64,000 bases of DNA from an uncultured Bacteroides sp. Lineage in GTDB: Bacteria; Bacteroidota; Bacteroidia; Bacteroidales; SM23-62. The notes under the pieces are model-generated. The model was not told the origin of the DNA and searched no databases. It worked only from the letters and a program-made list of their open reading frames with translations. The DNA lies in NCBI GenBank assembly GCA_964431315.1, contig CAYSJH010000008.1, positions 17,561-81,560 of the forward strand, written 5' to 3'. Made by a program: the position numbers and the translations under genes. Of this stretch, positions 39,453 through 48,587 are shown one piece after another (within the stretch, counting starts at the first letter, position 1; each line of letters opens with the position of its first letter).

Positions 39453-40187
39453 ATGAAACTTCAGATCTTCCTGCTCATCCTGTTAAGCAGCCTGGCAGCC
39501 TGCAAATCCGGCAAGGTCCAGGAACAACCCTTAAAATCGGAACTTACGACCAATGCATCGGGTAAAGGTCCCGTCGTATACCTTGATTTTAAAAAGGGTC
39601 CCGCCCATAACCACCCCTCATTCGTTCTCTGGGCCGAAGATCTGGATGGGAATTTCATCCAGACCCTTTTTATCTCAAAAGCAGTGGGAACCAGCGTTTA
39701 TGAGCACGGGAATCCCTCCTCCGGGCACTGGGAAGCGGGAGAGATCCGCAGGCCGGCATCCCTGCCTTACTGGTCGCATCGCAGGGGGATACAGGCGCCG
39801 GACGGACTTTATGTCCCATCGGCCGAAAATCCGGTCCCCGATGCCTACACCGGAGCCACACCTCCAGGAGATTTCGGCATACACGCCCGCTTCGACAGGG
39901 AACCGCCCTCTAAGTTCAGGCTTTATTTTGAGATCAACCAGACGTGGGACTGGAATGAATACTGGACAAATAACCTGTACCCGGACGACGATGAATACAA
40001 AACCTCCTGCCAGCCGGCCCTGGTTTACATGTGCGAGGTGGATCTTGATCACCCTCAGCCGGAATACACCATGAAGGTCATCGGGCACAGCCATTATTCG
40101 GGAAAGACCGGGGAACTGTTCACCGACCTGGGCACCATTACCACGGCCCTTCAAATAGTCGGTTCGCTCACGGTTAAAATCCTGTAG
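39453..40187 (+). CDS. Hypothetical lipoprotein (possibly DUF2271-like)
   Basis: 244 aa with a lipobox LAAC. Blocks HPSFVLWAEDLDGNFIQTLF, LPYWSHRRG and DAYTGATPPG recall the DUF2271 pattern. This is recollection, not a search result. Confidence 0.7.
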   Translation: MKLQIFLLILLSSLAACKSGKVQEQPLKSELTTNASGKGPVVYLDFKKGPAHNHPSFVLWAEDLDGNFIQTLFISKAVGTSVYEHGNPSSGHWEAGEIRRPASLPYWSHRRGIQAPDGLYVPSAENPVPDAYTGATPPGDFGIHARFDREPPSKFRLYFEINQTWDWNEYWTNNLYPDDDEYKTSCQPALVYMCEVDLDHPQPEYTMKVIGHSHYSGKTGELFTDLGTITTALQIVGSLTVKIL

Positions 40188-40313
40188 TTCGGTCCCATTC
40201 CGGAAAATTGTCTGCTCCCCCGGTAAATTTACTCAGGGTCACCTGCGATATCTGCCTTCCGGTAGTGGAATGGTTTTTGTAATTTTATAACTTTACAACA
40301 GAAACCCCAGACC

Positions 40314-41102
40314 ATGAAAAAAGCAATTCTGCTTCCGGCAATGATCCTGCTGGCACTCGCCATGCAGGCCCAAACCAATTACAAGGTGATAAAGGTCAAC
40401 GGCAGCATCCAGTATGTGCGCACGGGCAGCCAGATGACGCTTGGCGATGTATTTACCGAAGACGAGGCCCTCTCCTTCGGGACACCCAACTCCAGGGCCG
40501 CCGTGATCAACCCCGAGAAAGGAAGGTTCATTATCACGCCGCAGTCCGCCAGCCAGCTCAGCGGGGCCAGGTCCAATTTCCTGCCGGCAATAAGCAACCT
40601 GAGCACCCGCGGAGGATTCCTGAACTCCATGAACGACATTGTCAACCAGTTTTCGGGACCCCTGGTCATCCTCTACGAAGCAAGCTGGTCCCTGAATCCC
40701 TACCAGTTCCCGATGGATGAGAACCGGTATTTCTACCTCCTGCTCCGTTACAAGGGCAAAACCATCAAGAAGAAGCTCCTGTGCAACGATAACAACCTGG
40801 TCTTTTCCCGCAAAGATATCCTGACGATTGACGGTCAGCCCGTCAGCACATTTGACAGTCCCGCTGCAAGCCTCTACTATGCCGCCCAGAATGGTCCCAT
40901 GTTCGTGAGTTCTTTCGAACTTGTCTTTCCGGATATGAAAACGCTCAGATCCGAGGCCGCAATCATTCTTGAAGAATTGAGCAGCCAGGACTACAACCGC
41001 AAGGTCAACGAGATCTCAGGATATCTTTTCGAATTTTACGGCAAGCCCGATAAAAAGGATGTGATGCTGTTCGTTGAAAAGGATTTCGGACTTAAGAAAT
41101 GA
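40314..41102 (+). CDS. Hypothetical secreted protein (N-terminal FecR-like beta-rich region, tentative)
   Basis: 262 aa with a signal peptide (ALAMQAQ). YKVIKVNGSIQYVRTGSQMTLGDVFTEDEALSFGTPNSRAAVIN resembles the FecR-domain pattern. No other motif recognised. Confidence 0.7.
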   Translation: MKKAILLPAMILLALAMQAQTNYKVIKVNGSIQYVRTGSQMTLGDVFTEDEALSFGTPNSRAAVINPEKGRFIITPQSASQLSGARSNFLPAISNLSTRGGFLNSMNDIVNQFSGPLVILYEASWSLNPYQFPMDENRYFYLLLRYKGKTIKKKLLCNDNNLVFSRKDILTIDGQPVSTFDSPAASLYYAAQNGPMFVSSFELVFPDMKTLRSEAAIILEELSSQDYNRKVNEISGYLFEFYGKPDKKDVMLFVEKDFGLKK

Positions 41103-41155
41103 GACGGGCCAGCCGCCCGGTTCCTGACTGCTAAATACCCTGAAAATCCCCTGCA

Positions 41156-44100
41156 ATGAGGATATCTGTACCTTTGCTCCTGCTCCTTCCCTGGTTCCTG
41201 GCGGCCCCGGCAGGGGGACAAAACCTCAGGCTCCCGATAGCCAACTACACCAACAAGATCTACGGACGCAACTACCGGGCGACCAATTACTGCATCGTCA
41301 CCGATCACCGGAACCTGGTTTACGCCGGGAATGCCAACGGGATACTGGAATACGACGGCAGCCGCTGGCATTTCATACCGGTACGCCAGGGTGCCTATGT
41401 CACCTCTATGGACGTTTCCCCATCCGGAATTATATTTGTCGGCTCGCAACAGGATTTCGGGTACCTGGACACGGACCCGAAGGGAGCATTGGTTTACCGC
41501 TCCCTGTCAGACGAACTTCCCGAGGGGGACCAGTTTTTCACACGAATCTGGGGCACCCATGCGGCCGGTGAATTTACCGCTTTCCAGGCAGAGGAATGCC
41601 TTTACCTGTACAGGGGCGACAGCCTCGTGGCCATCTATCCGGAAACTTCGTTTCACACCTCCTTCCTGGTCGGTTCCCGGTTGTTTATCAGGGAAAGGGA
41701 AAGGGGACTGGAAATACTCCAGGGGAATGTCCTGGTGCCCGTGAAGGACGGATCGCTTTTTGCCAACCTGGGCATATTCGGGATGTTCCCGCTGGACGGG
41801 GAAGGCAGGATCCTTATCGCAACCACCGAAAAAGGATTCTACCTCTTCGATCCCGCAAAGGGGATTGAACGCATGCCCGCCAAAAACGATCCCTTCCTGA
41901 TCCGGGCAGGCATTTTCGGGGGAACGGATCTTGCCGACGGGAATATCGCCCTCAACACCCTGCACGAAGGGGTCCTGATCTGCAGCCCTGACGGCCGTAT
42001 CAGGGCGGTCATCAACAAACACTCCGGCCTGCAGGTCGACGATGTCAAGGACATGTGCCAGGATGTCAACCGGAACATCTGGTGTGCCCTGGACAACGGG
42101 ATCAGCAAGATCGACTACTCTTCTCCCGTTTCGTTTTATTATGAGAACGCGGGACTGGAAGGCAGTGTGCATGCACTGGTAAGGCACGGGGGACGGCTTT
42201 ATGCCGGTACCACCTCCGGGCTTTTTGCCGAAGACCGGACGGTGGCCCTGAATAAATCCCTCGAGTTCAGTCCCGCTGCGGGCATACGCGACCAGGTCTG
42301 GAGCCTCCTGTCTATCGGGAATTCACTCCTTGCAGGATGCACCAACGGGCTTTACCTGATCCGGGAAGGATCCGCGAGGAAAATCTCGGATATGAATGCC
42401 TTTGCCATGCTGTACCTGGAAAAGGAACGGTTGCTGCTGGTCGGGGGGAGCGGGGGACTGGCGGTTTTCAGAAGGGAGGGGGACTGGAAAAAGGTAGCCC
42501 GGTTCGCCGACATCAGGGAGGACATCAAGTCCATCGCCCAAAACCGCAGCAGTCATTACAATGCCACAGAAATATGGCTGGGTACCAGCCTGCAGGGGAC
42601 CCTGAAGATGCTGATCAATCCCGATCTTTCCCATACCACCTACCGGTATTTCGGCGCGGGGGACGGGCTGACGGAGGACTGGGTGCTGCCGATGGAACAC
42701 CGCGACAGCATTGTGTTCGGCACCCGGGCGGGACTTATGCATTTCATCGACGAATACCTGATGCAGGAGGCCCTGCCCGATTCCCTGAAGGACAACCCGG
42801 CAAATTACCGGGGGTATTTTGAGAACCGGAAGCTGTACGAACATGACATCCTCCTTCCCGTGAGCTACCTTGTCGATTCCCACAAGCGGACCTGGGCCGT
42901 GATCGATAACGAGATTTGCCTCATCCGGCACGATTCGTCACAGGAGATCATCAAAAAACCCTTCCAGGGAATCGACCTGGGCGATATCAATTACATTTAC
43001 CCGGACGGCGAATACACCGTATGGTTCGCCGCCGGTGACGGGCTGGCCCGGTTCGACCTCAGGCGAATGGATCAACCGGCCAGGGACTTTCATGCCTTTA
43101 TCCGTGCAGTCGTGGCCTCGGATGATTCCATCCTTTTCAACGGATCCTACGGGCTGCCTGCAGACTATTCCCCCGGGGAGTCCCGGGAGCTTTTCATGCA
43201 ACCGGACAGGGACGTGCCGACACTGGACCATGCCTTCAACGATGTGACCTTCTATTTTACCTCTCCCTTTTATGACAATGAAAACAACAACCAGTTCTCC
43301 TGGATGCTTGAGGGAGGGAAATCGGGCTGGAGCAACTGGTCCACCCGCAGGATCACGAGCTACACCAACCTCCATGAAGGGGAGTATGCTTTCCTGCTTC
43401 GGGCGAAAAACATCTACGGCGACATCAGCGAAACCGCCTCTTACCGTTTTGTTATCCGTCCTCCTTTCGCACGCACCGCCCTGGCCTACACGGGCTATGC
43501 TGTCCTGCTTATCCTGCTTGTTTATGTAGCCGTCAGGCTGGGACAAAGGCAGCTGAAACGGAAAAACGAGCACCTGGAGACCATTGTGCTTGAGCGGACC
43601 GAGGAGATCAGGAAGCAGAACATCAAACTGGCCGCGCAGAAAAAGGAGATCACCGACAGCATAACCTATGCCGAGCGGATACAAAGGGCCATCCTGCCGC
43701 GGACCGACCGGATCGCCTCACAGTTGGAGGGATATTTCATACTGTTCAGGCCCAAGAGCATCGTCAGCGGGGATTTCTACTGGCTTGCCGAATCCGGCGA
43801 CAAGATCGTCGTGACGGCGGTGGACTGCACGGGACACGGGGTCCCGGGAGCCTTTATGAGCATGCTGGGGGTCAGCTTCCTGAACAAGATCATCCTGGAA
43901 AACAACACCCTGCAGGCCGATGAGATCCTTAACAGGCTGCGCGACAACGTGGTCAAATCGCTCAAGCAGACCGGCCGGGAAGGGGAAGCCAGGGACGGGA
44001 TGGACATGTCGCTGGTAGTGATCGACCTTCAGAAAATGACCATGGAATTTGCAGGGGCCAACAACCCGCTCTACATGATCCGCGCGAACCGGCTCGACGA

Positions 44101-44416
44101 AACAAAGGCCGATCGCATGCCCATCTCATATCACATCGATTCCATCAAGTTTTCAAGCCACCTGATTCAGTTGAATAAGGGTGATACCATTTACCTTTTT
44201 TCAGACGGTTATGCCGACCAGTTCGGCGGGCCTTCCGGGAAAAAATTCAAATACCAGGCATTTAAGAACCTCCTCTTCGAGAACAGGGACAGGTCAATGG
44301 ACGAAATTAAAAAAGTCCTGGAAGCCACCCTCGAGACCTGGAGGGCTCCGCAGGGACCCGATGGCGAGATCTATGAGCAGGTCGACGACATTCTTGTCAT
44401 AGGTGTCAGGATTTGA
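41156..44416 (+). CDS. Sensor protein: periplasmic two-component-regulator propeller repeats plus Y_Y_Y domain, TM helix, coiled coil and PP2C/SpoIIE phosphatase
   Basis: 1086 aa. Signal/anchor, ~700 aa of propeller-type repeats and a Y_Y_Y-type Ig domain (YTNLHEGEYAFLLRAKNIYGDISETASYRFVIRPPF). These are followed by a TM segment (ALAYTGYAVLLILLVYVAV) and a C-terminal SpoIIE/PP2C region (SGDFYW, VDCTGHGVPGAFMSM, DGMDMS, SDGYADQFGG). Confidence 0.9.
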   Translation: MRISVPLLLLLPWFLAAPAGGQNLRLPIANYTNKIYGRNYRATNYCIVTDHRNLVYAGNANGILEYDGSRWHFIPVRQGAYVTSMDVSPSGIIFVGSQQDFGYLDTDPKGALVYRSLSDELPEGDQFFTRIWGTHAAGEFTAFQAEECLYLYRGDSLVAIYPETSFHTSFLVGSRLFIRERERGLEILQGNVLVPVKDGSLFANLGIFGMFPLDGEGRILIATTEKGFYLFDPAKGIERMPAKNDPFLIRAGIFGGTDLADGNIALNTLHEGVLICSPDGRIRAVINKHSGLQVDDVKDMCQDVNRNIWCALDNGISKIDYSSPVSFYYENAGLEGSVHALVRHGGRLYAGTTSGLFAEDRTVALNKSLEFSPAAGIRDQVWSLLSIGNSLLAGCTNGLYLIREGSARKISDMNAFAMLYLEKERLLLVGGSGGLAVFRREGDWKKVARFADIREDIKSIAQNRSSHYNATEIWLGTSLQGTLKMLINPDLSHTTYRYFGAGDGLTEDWVLPMEHRDSIVFGTRAGLMHFIDEYLMQEALPDSLKDNPANYRGYFENRKLYEHDILLPVSYLVDSHKRTWAVIDNEICLIRHDSSQEIIKKPFQGIDLGDINYIYPDGEYTVWFAAGDGLARFDLRRMDQPARDFHAFIRAVVASDDSILFNGSYGLPADYSPGESRELFMQPDRDVPTLDHAFNDVTFYFTSPFYDNENNNQFSWMLEGGKSGWSNWSTRRITSYTNLHEGEYAFLLRAKNIYGDISETASYRFVIRPPFARTALAYTGYAVLLILLVYVAVRLGQRQLKRKNEHLETIVLERTEEIRKQNIKLAAQKKEITDSITYAERIQRAILPRTDRIASQLEGYFILFRPKSIVSGDFYWLAESGDKIVVTAVDCTGHGVPGAFMSMLGVSFLNKIILENNTLQADEILNRLRDNVVKSLKQTGREGEARDGMDMSLVVIDLQKMTMEFAGANNPLYMIRANRLDETKADRMPISYHIDSIKFSSHLIQLNKGDTIYLFSDGYADQFGGPSGKKFKYQAFKNLLFENRDRSMDEIKKVLEATLETWRAPQGPDGEIYEQVDDILVIGVRI

Positions 44417-44426
44417 CCCCTGAATC

Positions 44427-46655
44427 ATGAAGAAGCTCACTTTATTCTTTGCTTTACTATCCATACTTGCCGGGATGGACTTTCCGCTTACCGGGATGAC
44501 CGCTCCGCCTGACAGCGGGCAGCAGGCAGCCGGGCAGCAGGCAGCCGGGAGGCCTAAAGTGGGACTGGTACTGAGCGGCGGGGCGGCCAAGGGAATCGCC
44601 CACATCGGCGTGCTGAAGGTACTGGAGGAAGCGGGACTTAAAATCGATTACATCGGGGGGACGAGCATGGGGAGTATTGTCGGCGGACTCTATGCCATCG
44701 GGTACGATGCCGATTCACTTCAAAAGCTTGTGGTTACGCGGGACTGGGATAAACTGCTTTCCGACGATATTTCCAGAAGGGACCTGTCCATCGAGGAAAA
44801 GCCGGACTATGATCGTTTCTTTGTTTCCTTCCCACTGGAAGAACGAAAAGTCAAACTGCCGGCCGGGGTGGTAACCGGGCAGAACATCGAGAACCAGTTC
44901 TCGGAACTCTGTGCCCATATTTACAGCATCCGTGATTTCAACGAATTCCAGATCCCGTATGTATGTATTGCGACCGATGTTGAAACGGGAAAGGAAATGG
45001 TATTCCGCCAGGGTTATCTTCCCTCCTGTATGCGAGCCAGTATGGCTATCCCCTCCCTTTTTACTCCCATGGAAATAGATGGTAAATATTACACAGACGG
45101 AGGGGTGGTAAATAATTTCCCTGTCGACCAGGTCAAAGCCATGGGAGCCGATATACTGATCGGTGTTGACGTGGGATTTCAACCCAAATCGGCCGAGGAT
45201 AACATCAACTTCATCAATGTGATCGAACAGACGGTTTTTATGGCTTCCAGTGAGAGGACGGAAGCCAACAGGGATCTGTGTGATATTTACATAAAACCCG
45301 ATCTTGCAGGTTACAATTCACGGTCATTCACTGATAGTGATTCTCTCATTGCCCGGGGGGAGCGTGCGGCCCGTAAATATTTCGACCGCTTCAAAGCCCT
45401 GGCCGATTCCCTGAACGGCATTGAAAACATACCTTATGAAAAACCTTCCTTCGTGGCGCGGGACTCCCTGTTGATCAGGGAGATACGGGTTGAAGGCCTG
45501 GAGCGGGTATCGGGACGGCTGATCACGGGAAAGCTGAACCTGGATGTGCTTGAGAAAGTGACACCGGCCAGGATCTCCGAAGCCATCAGCAGGGTTTATT
45601 CAAGCCTTTTCTTTGAAAAAGTCACCTACGAGCTTGAACCTGTGGAGGCTGACCTGCTGGGCGAGGGGGTCAGGCTCCGCGTAAAGGTCCGGGAAAGAAG
45701 CGGGGGACAATTACGGGTAGGATTGAATTACAACAATGCCTACAAGGCGTCCATCACCCTGAATACAACCTTCCGCAATTTCCTGCTGAACGGATCCAAA
45801 ACATCCCTGAACCTGGCCCTCGGTGAGAATCCCTACCTGCTGGGCAGGTTCGAGAAAAACAACGGGTGGAAGCCGGGATTTGTAGTGGAGGCAGGGGGAC
45901 AGTATCTTGATCTTGACCTGTACCAGGAGGGAATAAAATACGCCGTCATTGATTACTCGGATATAGCCGGACGGATATATACCCAATCCATTATCAACAA
46001 CTCCTACTCCTTTGGCATCGGAGGGGAATTTGAAAGGATTGTCCTGAAGTCCAAGGTCGGGATCCCGATTCCGGATAAACAGACGGATCAGTACTATAAC
46101 CTCCTTGCCTTCATGAACCTTGATACTTACGACAACCGGTTCTATCCCCGGAAAGGAACCCGTTTCGAGTCGTTCTGCAAATTCATCACGAGTCCCGCAT
46201 CCCCCCCTGCCTGGTTCCTGCGCTTTGAATTCGAACAGGTTGCAGGCATCGGCCGGAATTTTGCACTTATCCCAAGGGTGTACGGCGGCTCAACGACGGC
46301 TGACAGTTCGCTCAGGGTGTATAATTTTTACATGGGGGGACTGAACAGGACCTCCAGGAAAGGGCTGATGCCGTTCGTGGGACTTGACTTCATGGAACGC
46401 TCCGGAAGGAATGTGCTGGCGTTCGGTCTTGACCTGCAGTATAATTTCTGGAAATCGAACTACCTGGTATTCCGGGCAAATGCTGCAAATATTACCGAGA
46501 ACCTGGAGGATCTTTTTCTGTTTGAATACCCGTTTTCCGGATTTGGGCTCACCCTGGGCAACCTCAGTCTGATCGGTCCCGTCGAAATTACCCTGATGCG
46601 CCCCAATTACCGGAAGGAGCTGATATTTTACGTAAACATCGGGTATTACTTTTAA
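44427..46655 (+). CDS. Patatin-like phospholipase fused to a POTRA/Omp85-type beta-barrel (PlpD-like, type Vd architecture)
   Basis: 742 aa. Patatin motifs GGAAKGIAHIGV (oxyanion), GTSMGS (GxSxG) and YTDGGVVNNFP (DGG Asp). These are followed by a POTRA-like segment (IREIRVEGLERVS) and a surface-antigen barrel ending ...VNIGYYF. Confidence 0.88.
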   Translation: MKKLTLFFALLSILAGMDFPLTGMTAPPDSGQQAAGQQAAGRPKVGLVLSGGAAKGIAHIGVLKVLEEAGLKIDYIGGTSMGSIVGGLYAIGYDADSLQKLVVTRDWDKLLSDDISRRDLSIEEKPDYDRFFVSFPLEERKVKLPAGVVTGQNIENQFSELCAHIYSIRDFNEFQIPYVCIATDVETGKEMVFRQGYLPSCMRASMAIPSLFTPMEIDGKYYTDGGVVNNFPVDQVKAMGADILIGVDVGFQPKSAEDNINFINVIEQTVFMASSERTEANRDLCDIYIKPDLAGYNSRSFTDSDSLIARGERAARKYFDRFKALADSLNGIENIPYEKPSFVARDSLLIREIRVEGLERVSGRLITGKLNLDVLEKVTPARISEAISRVYSSLFFEKVTYELEPVEADLLGEGVRLRVKVRERSGGQLRVGLNYNNAYKASITLNTTFRNFLLNGSKTSLNLALGENPYLLGRFEKNNGWKPGFVVEAGGQYLDLDLYQEGIKYAVIDYSDIAGRIYTQSIINNSYSFGIGGEFERIVLKSKVGIPIPDKQTDQYYNLLAFMNLDTYDNRFYPRKGTRFESFCKFITSPASPPAWFLRFEFEQVAGIGRNFALIPRVYGGSTTADSSLRVYNFYMGGLNRTSRKGLMPFVGLDFMERSGRNVLAFGLDLQYNFWKSNYLVFRANAANITENLEDLFLFEYPFSGFGLTLGNLSLIGPVEITLMRPNYRKELIFYVNIGYYF

Positions 46656-46658
46656 TCG

Positions 46659-46685
46659 GGATTCATTTACTGGCAAGGATTCATT
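46659..46685 (+). promoter_or_regulatory. Direct repeat GGATTCATT x2 (18-bp spacing) just upstream of the radical SAM gene
   Basis: GGATTCATT occurs at 46659-46667 and 46677-46685. The second copy ends 13 nt before GTG 46699. Any operator role is speculative. Confidence 0.25.
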
Positions 46686-46698
46686 AACTTGTAAGGTT

Positions 46699-47709
46699 GT
46701 GAAAACTGCCGAATTTTACCGGATCCGTGAGGACGGAAAACTGCAATGCCTCCTCTGTCCCCATCTGTGCACTCCCGCCAGGGGAAAGGCGGGAAAATGC
46801 GGGGTGCGCAGGAATGTGAACGGGGAATTGATCGCTGAGACCTACGAGAAGGTTTCATCCCTTCATTACGATCCCATTGAGAAGAAACCCCTGTATCATT
46901 TTTACCCGGGAAGCATCATCCTGTCAATCGGTAGCGTGGGTTGCAACCTGGACTGCAGTTTCTGCCAGAACTGCGACATATCCAGGGCGGATGTCCCCGG
47001 TTACCCCTGGTTCAAGGACTATTCCGTCGAGGACGTGGTCAGCATGGCATTGGATCAGCCCGGCAACATCGGCATCTCCTTTACCTACAATGAGCCCACC
47101 ATCTCCTACGAATACATGATGGAGATCTCACAGCTGGCATCTTCCGCGGGATTGAAAACGGCCATGGTATCGAACGGGTACATCAATCCCGATCCCCTGA
47201 TCCGGCTGCTTCCCTTCATGGATGCCTTCAACATCGACCTGAAAGCCTTCCGGGATGAATTTTACCGGAAGTATACCGGGGCGCGGCTTGCCCCGGTCAT
47301 GGAAACCCTGAGGATCCTGAAGGAAGCCGGCAAACATTTCGAGATCACCAACCTGGTGATACCGGGACTGAACGACGACCCGGTCATCTTTGGCGAAATG
47401 GCGGACTGGATCGCCGGGGAACTGGGGGAATATTCGGTACTCCATATCTCCCGTTACTTCCCTCACCACCGGATGAACCAGCCGGCGACACCGGTCAGCA
47501 CACTCGAGGAACTGTACGGCATTGCAAAGGAAAGGCTTCATCATGTCTACCTTGGAAATGTGACTTCCCGGGACGGCCGGAACACTTATTGTCCGCAATG
47601 CGGCGAGCTGCTGATCAGCCGAAACGGTTACCAGACCAGCATCAGGGGTCTTGCTCCGGATGCACACTGCAAAAATTGTAACACTCCCATTCAAAACCTG
47701 GTATTATGA
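46699..47709 (+). CDS. amrS: AmmeMemoRadiSam system radical SAM enzyme
   Basis: 336 aa. N-terminal Cys cluster (CLLCPHLCTPARGKAGKCGVRRN), DPIEKKPLYHFYPGS and the radical SAM motif CNLDCSFCQN. It resembles a PFL-activase. GTG start. Confidence 0.85.
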   Translation: MKTAEFYRIREDGKLQCLLCPHLCTPARGKAGKCGVRRNVNGELIAETYEKVSSLHYDPIEKKPLYHFYPGSIILSIGSVGCNLDCSFCQNCDISRADVPGYPWFKDYSVEDVVSMALDQPGNIGISFTYNEPTISYEYMMEISQLASSAGLKTAMVSNGYINPDPLIRLLPFMDAFNIDLKAFRDEFYRKYTGARLAPVMETLRILKEAGKHFEITNLVIPGLNDDPVIFGEMADWIAGELGEYSVLHISRYFPHHRMNQPATPVSTLEELYGIAKERLHHVYLGNVTSRDGRNTYCPQCGELLISRNGYQTSIRGLAPDAHCKNCNTPIQNLVL

Positions 47710-48542
47710 ATGTCAGAACAGCAAAGGTGGCAGGCGCATTTTACCCGGGCAGTCCCGCCGAGATAAACAGCCTTCTGGACCGGGTCCTGGACTCCGAAAA
47801 AAAGAAAATAGACCTGCGTTTCGCCGGGCATGAGATCTTTGGCTGCGTGGTCCCCCATGCAGGCTATATCTATTCCGCATACGAAGCGGTGCACTTCTTC
47901 GAGATCCTGAGAAGTTCCGGCAAACGCTACGACACCTTCATCATCATCAATCCCAACCACACCGGTTACGGGGAATACATCGAGGTAGACAGCAGCGATG
48001 CCTGGGAAACACCGCTTGGAAGCGTGCCGCTTGACACCGAATTTGCCCGTGCGCTCGAGCTGCCCCGCTCGAACCGTGCCCAGCAGCAGGAGCACTCTGC
48101 GGAGGTAATGCTGCCATTTCTCCAGAAGTTCCTTCCGTACGATTTCAAGGTCCTTCCCATCTGCATGCTCAGGCAGAATCCACTCTCCGCCCTTGAGCTT
48201 GCCGAAAAGATCCGGAATGCGAACGCCCGGCTGAAACGCAAACTGATGATCATAGCTTCCTCCGATTTTTCGCATTTCGAAAGTCCCGATAACGGCCAGC
48301 GCAAAGACGACCTGGTCCTCGAGCAGATCGAAAAACAGGACGCTGAAAAACTATACGATACGGTCATTAAGAACCGGATTTCGGTCTGCGGTTACGGTCC
48401 CATTATGACCCTCATGGAATATTCACGGATGGTCTGCGACGGTCCCCGCTCTTCGATCCTTGCCCGGGGCAATTCGGGCAAGACCCGGCCTTCGGACAGC
48501 GTTGTGGATTACGTCACGATCCTGTTTTACAGTCCGGACTGA
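47706..48542 (+). CDS. amrB: AmmeMemoRadiSam system protein B (MEMO1-like)
   Basis: 278 aa. N-terminal VAGAFYPGSPAEI, VPHAGYIYSA and EHSAEVMLPFLQ blocks typical of the Memo family. ATGA overlap with amrS. Confidence 0.85.
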   Translation: MNVRTAKVAGAFYPGSPAEINSLLDRVLDSEKKKIDLRFAGHEIFGCVVPHAGYIYSAYEAVHFFEILRSSGKRYDTFIIINPNHTGYGEYIEVDSSDAWETPLGSVPLDTEFARALELPRSNRAQQQEHSAEVMLPFLQKFLPYDFKVLPICMLRQNPLSALELAEKIRNANARLKRKLMIIASSDFSHFESPDNGQRKDDLVLEQIEKQDAEKLYDTVIKNRISVCGYGPIMTLMEYSRMVCDGPRSSILARGNSGKTRPSDSVVDYVTILFYSPD

Positions 48543-48553
48543 GGTTAGAAAAG

Positions 48554-48587
48554 GCAGCATCATGACAAAAGCAGCATCATGACAAAA
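48554..48587. repeat. Perfect 17-bp tandem duplication spanning a start codon
   Basis: GCAGCATCATGACAAAA occurs at 48554-48570 and again at 48571-48587. Confidence 0.95.

Noticed and set aside
44517-44546. Short tandem repeat (GGGCAGCAGGCAGCC x2) considered as a possible CRISPR or array-like feature
   Set aside because: There are only two 15-bp units and they lie in frame inside the patatin-Omp85 ORF (GQQAAGQQAA linker). No spacers and no cas genes are present. I found no CRISPR array anywhere in the window.
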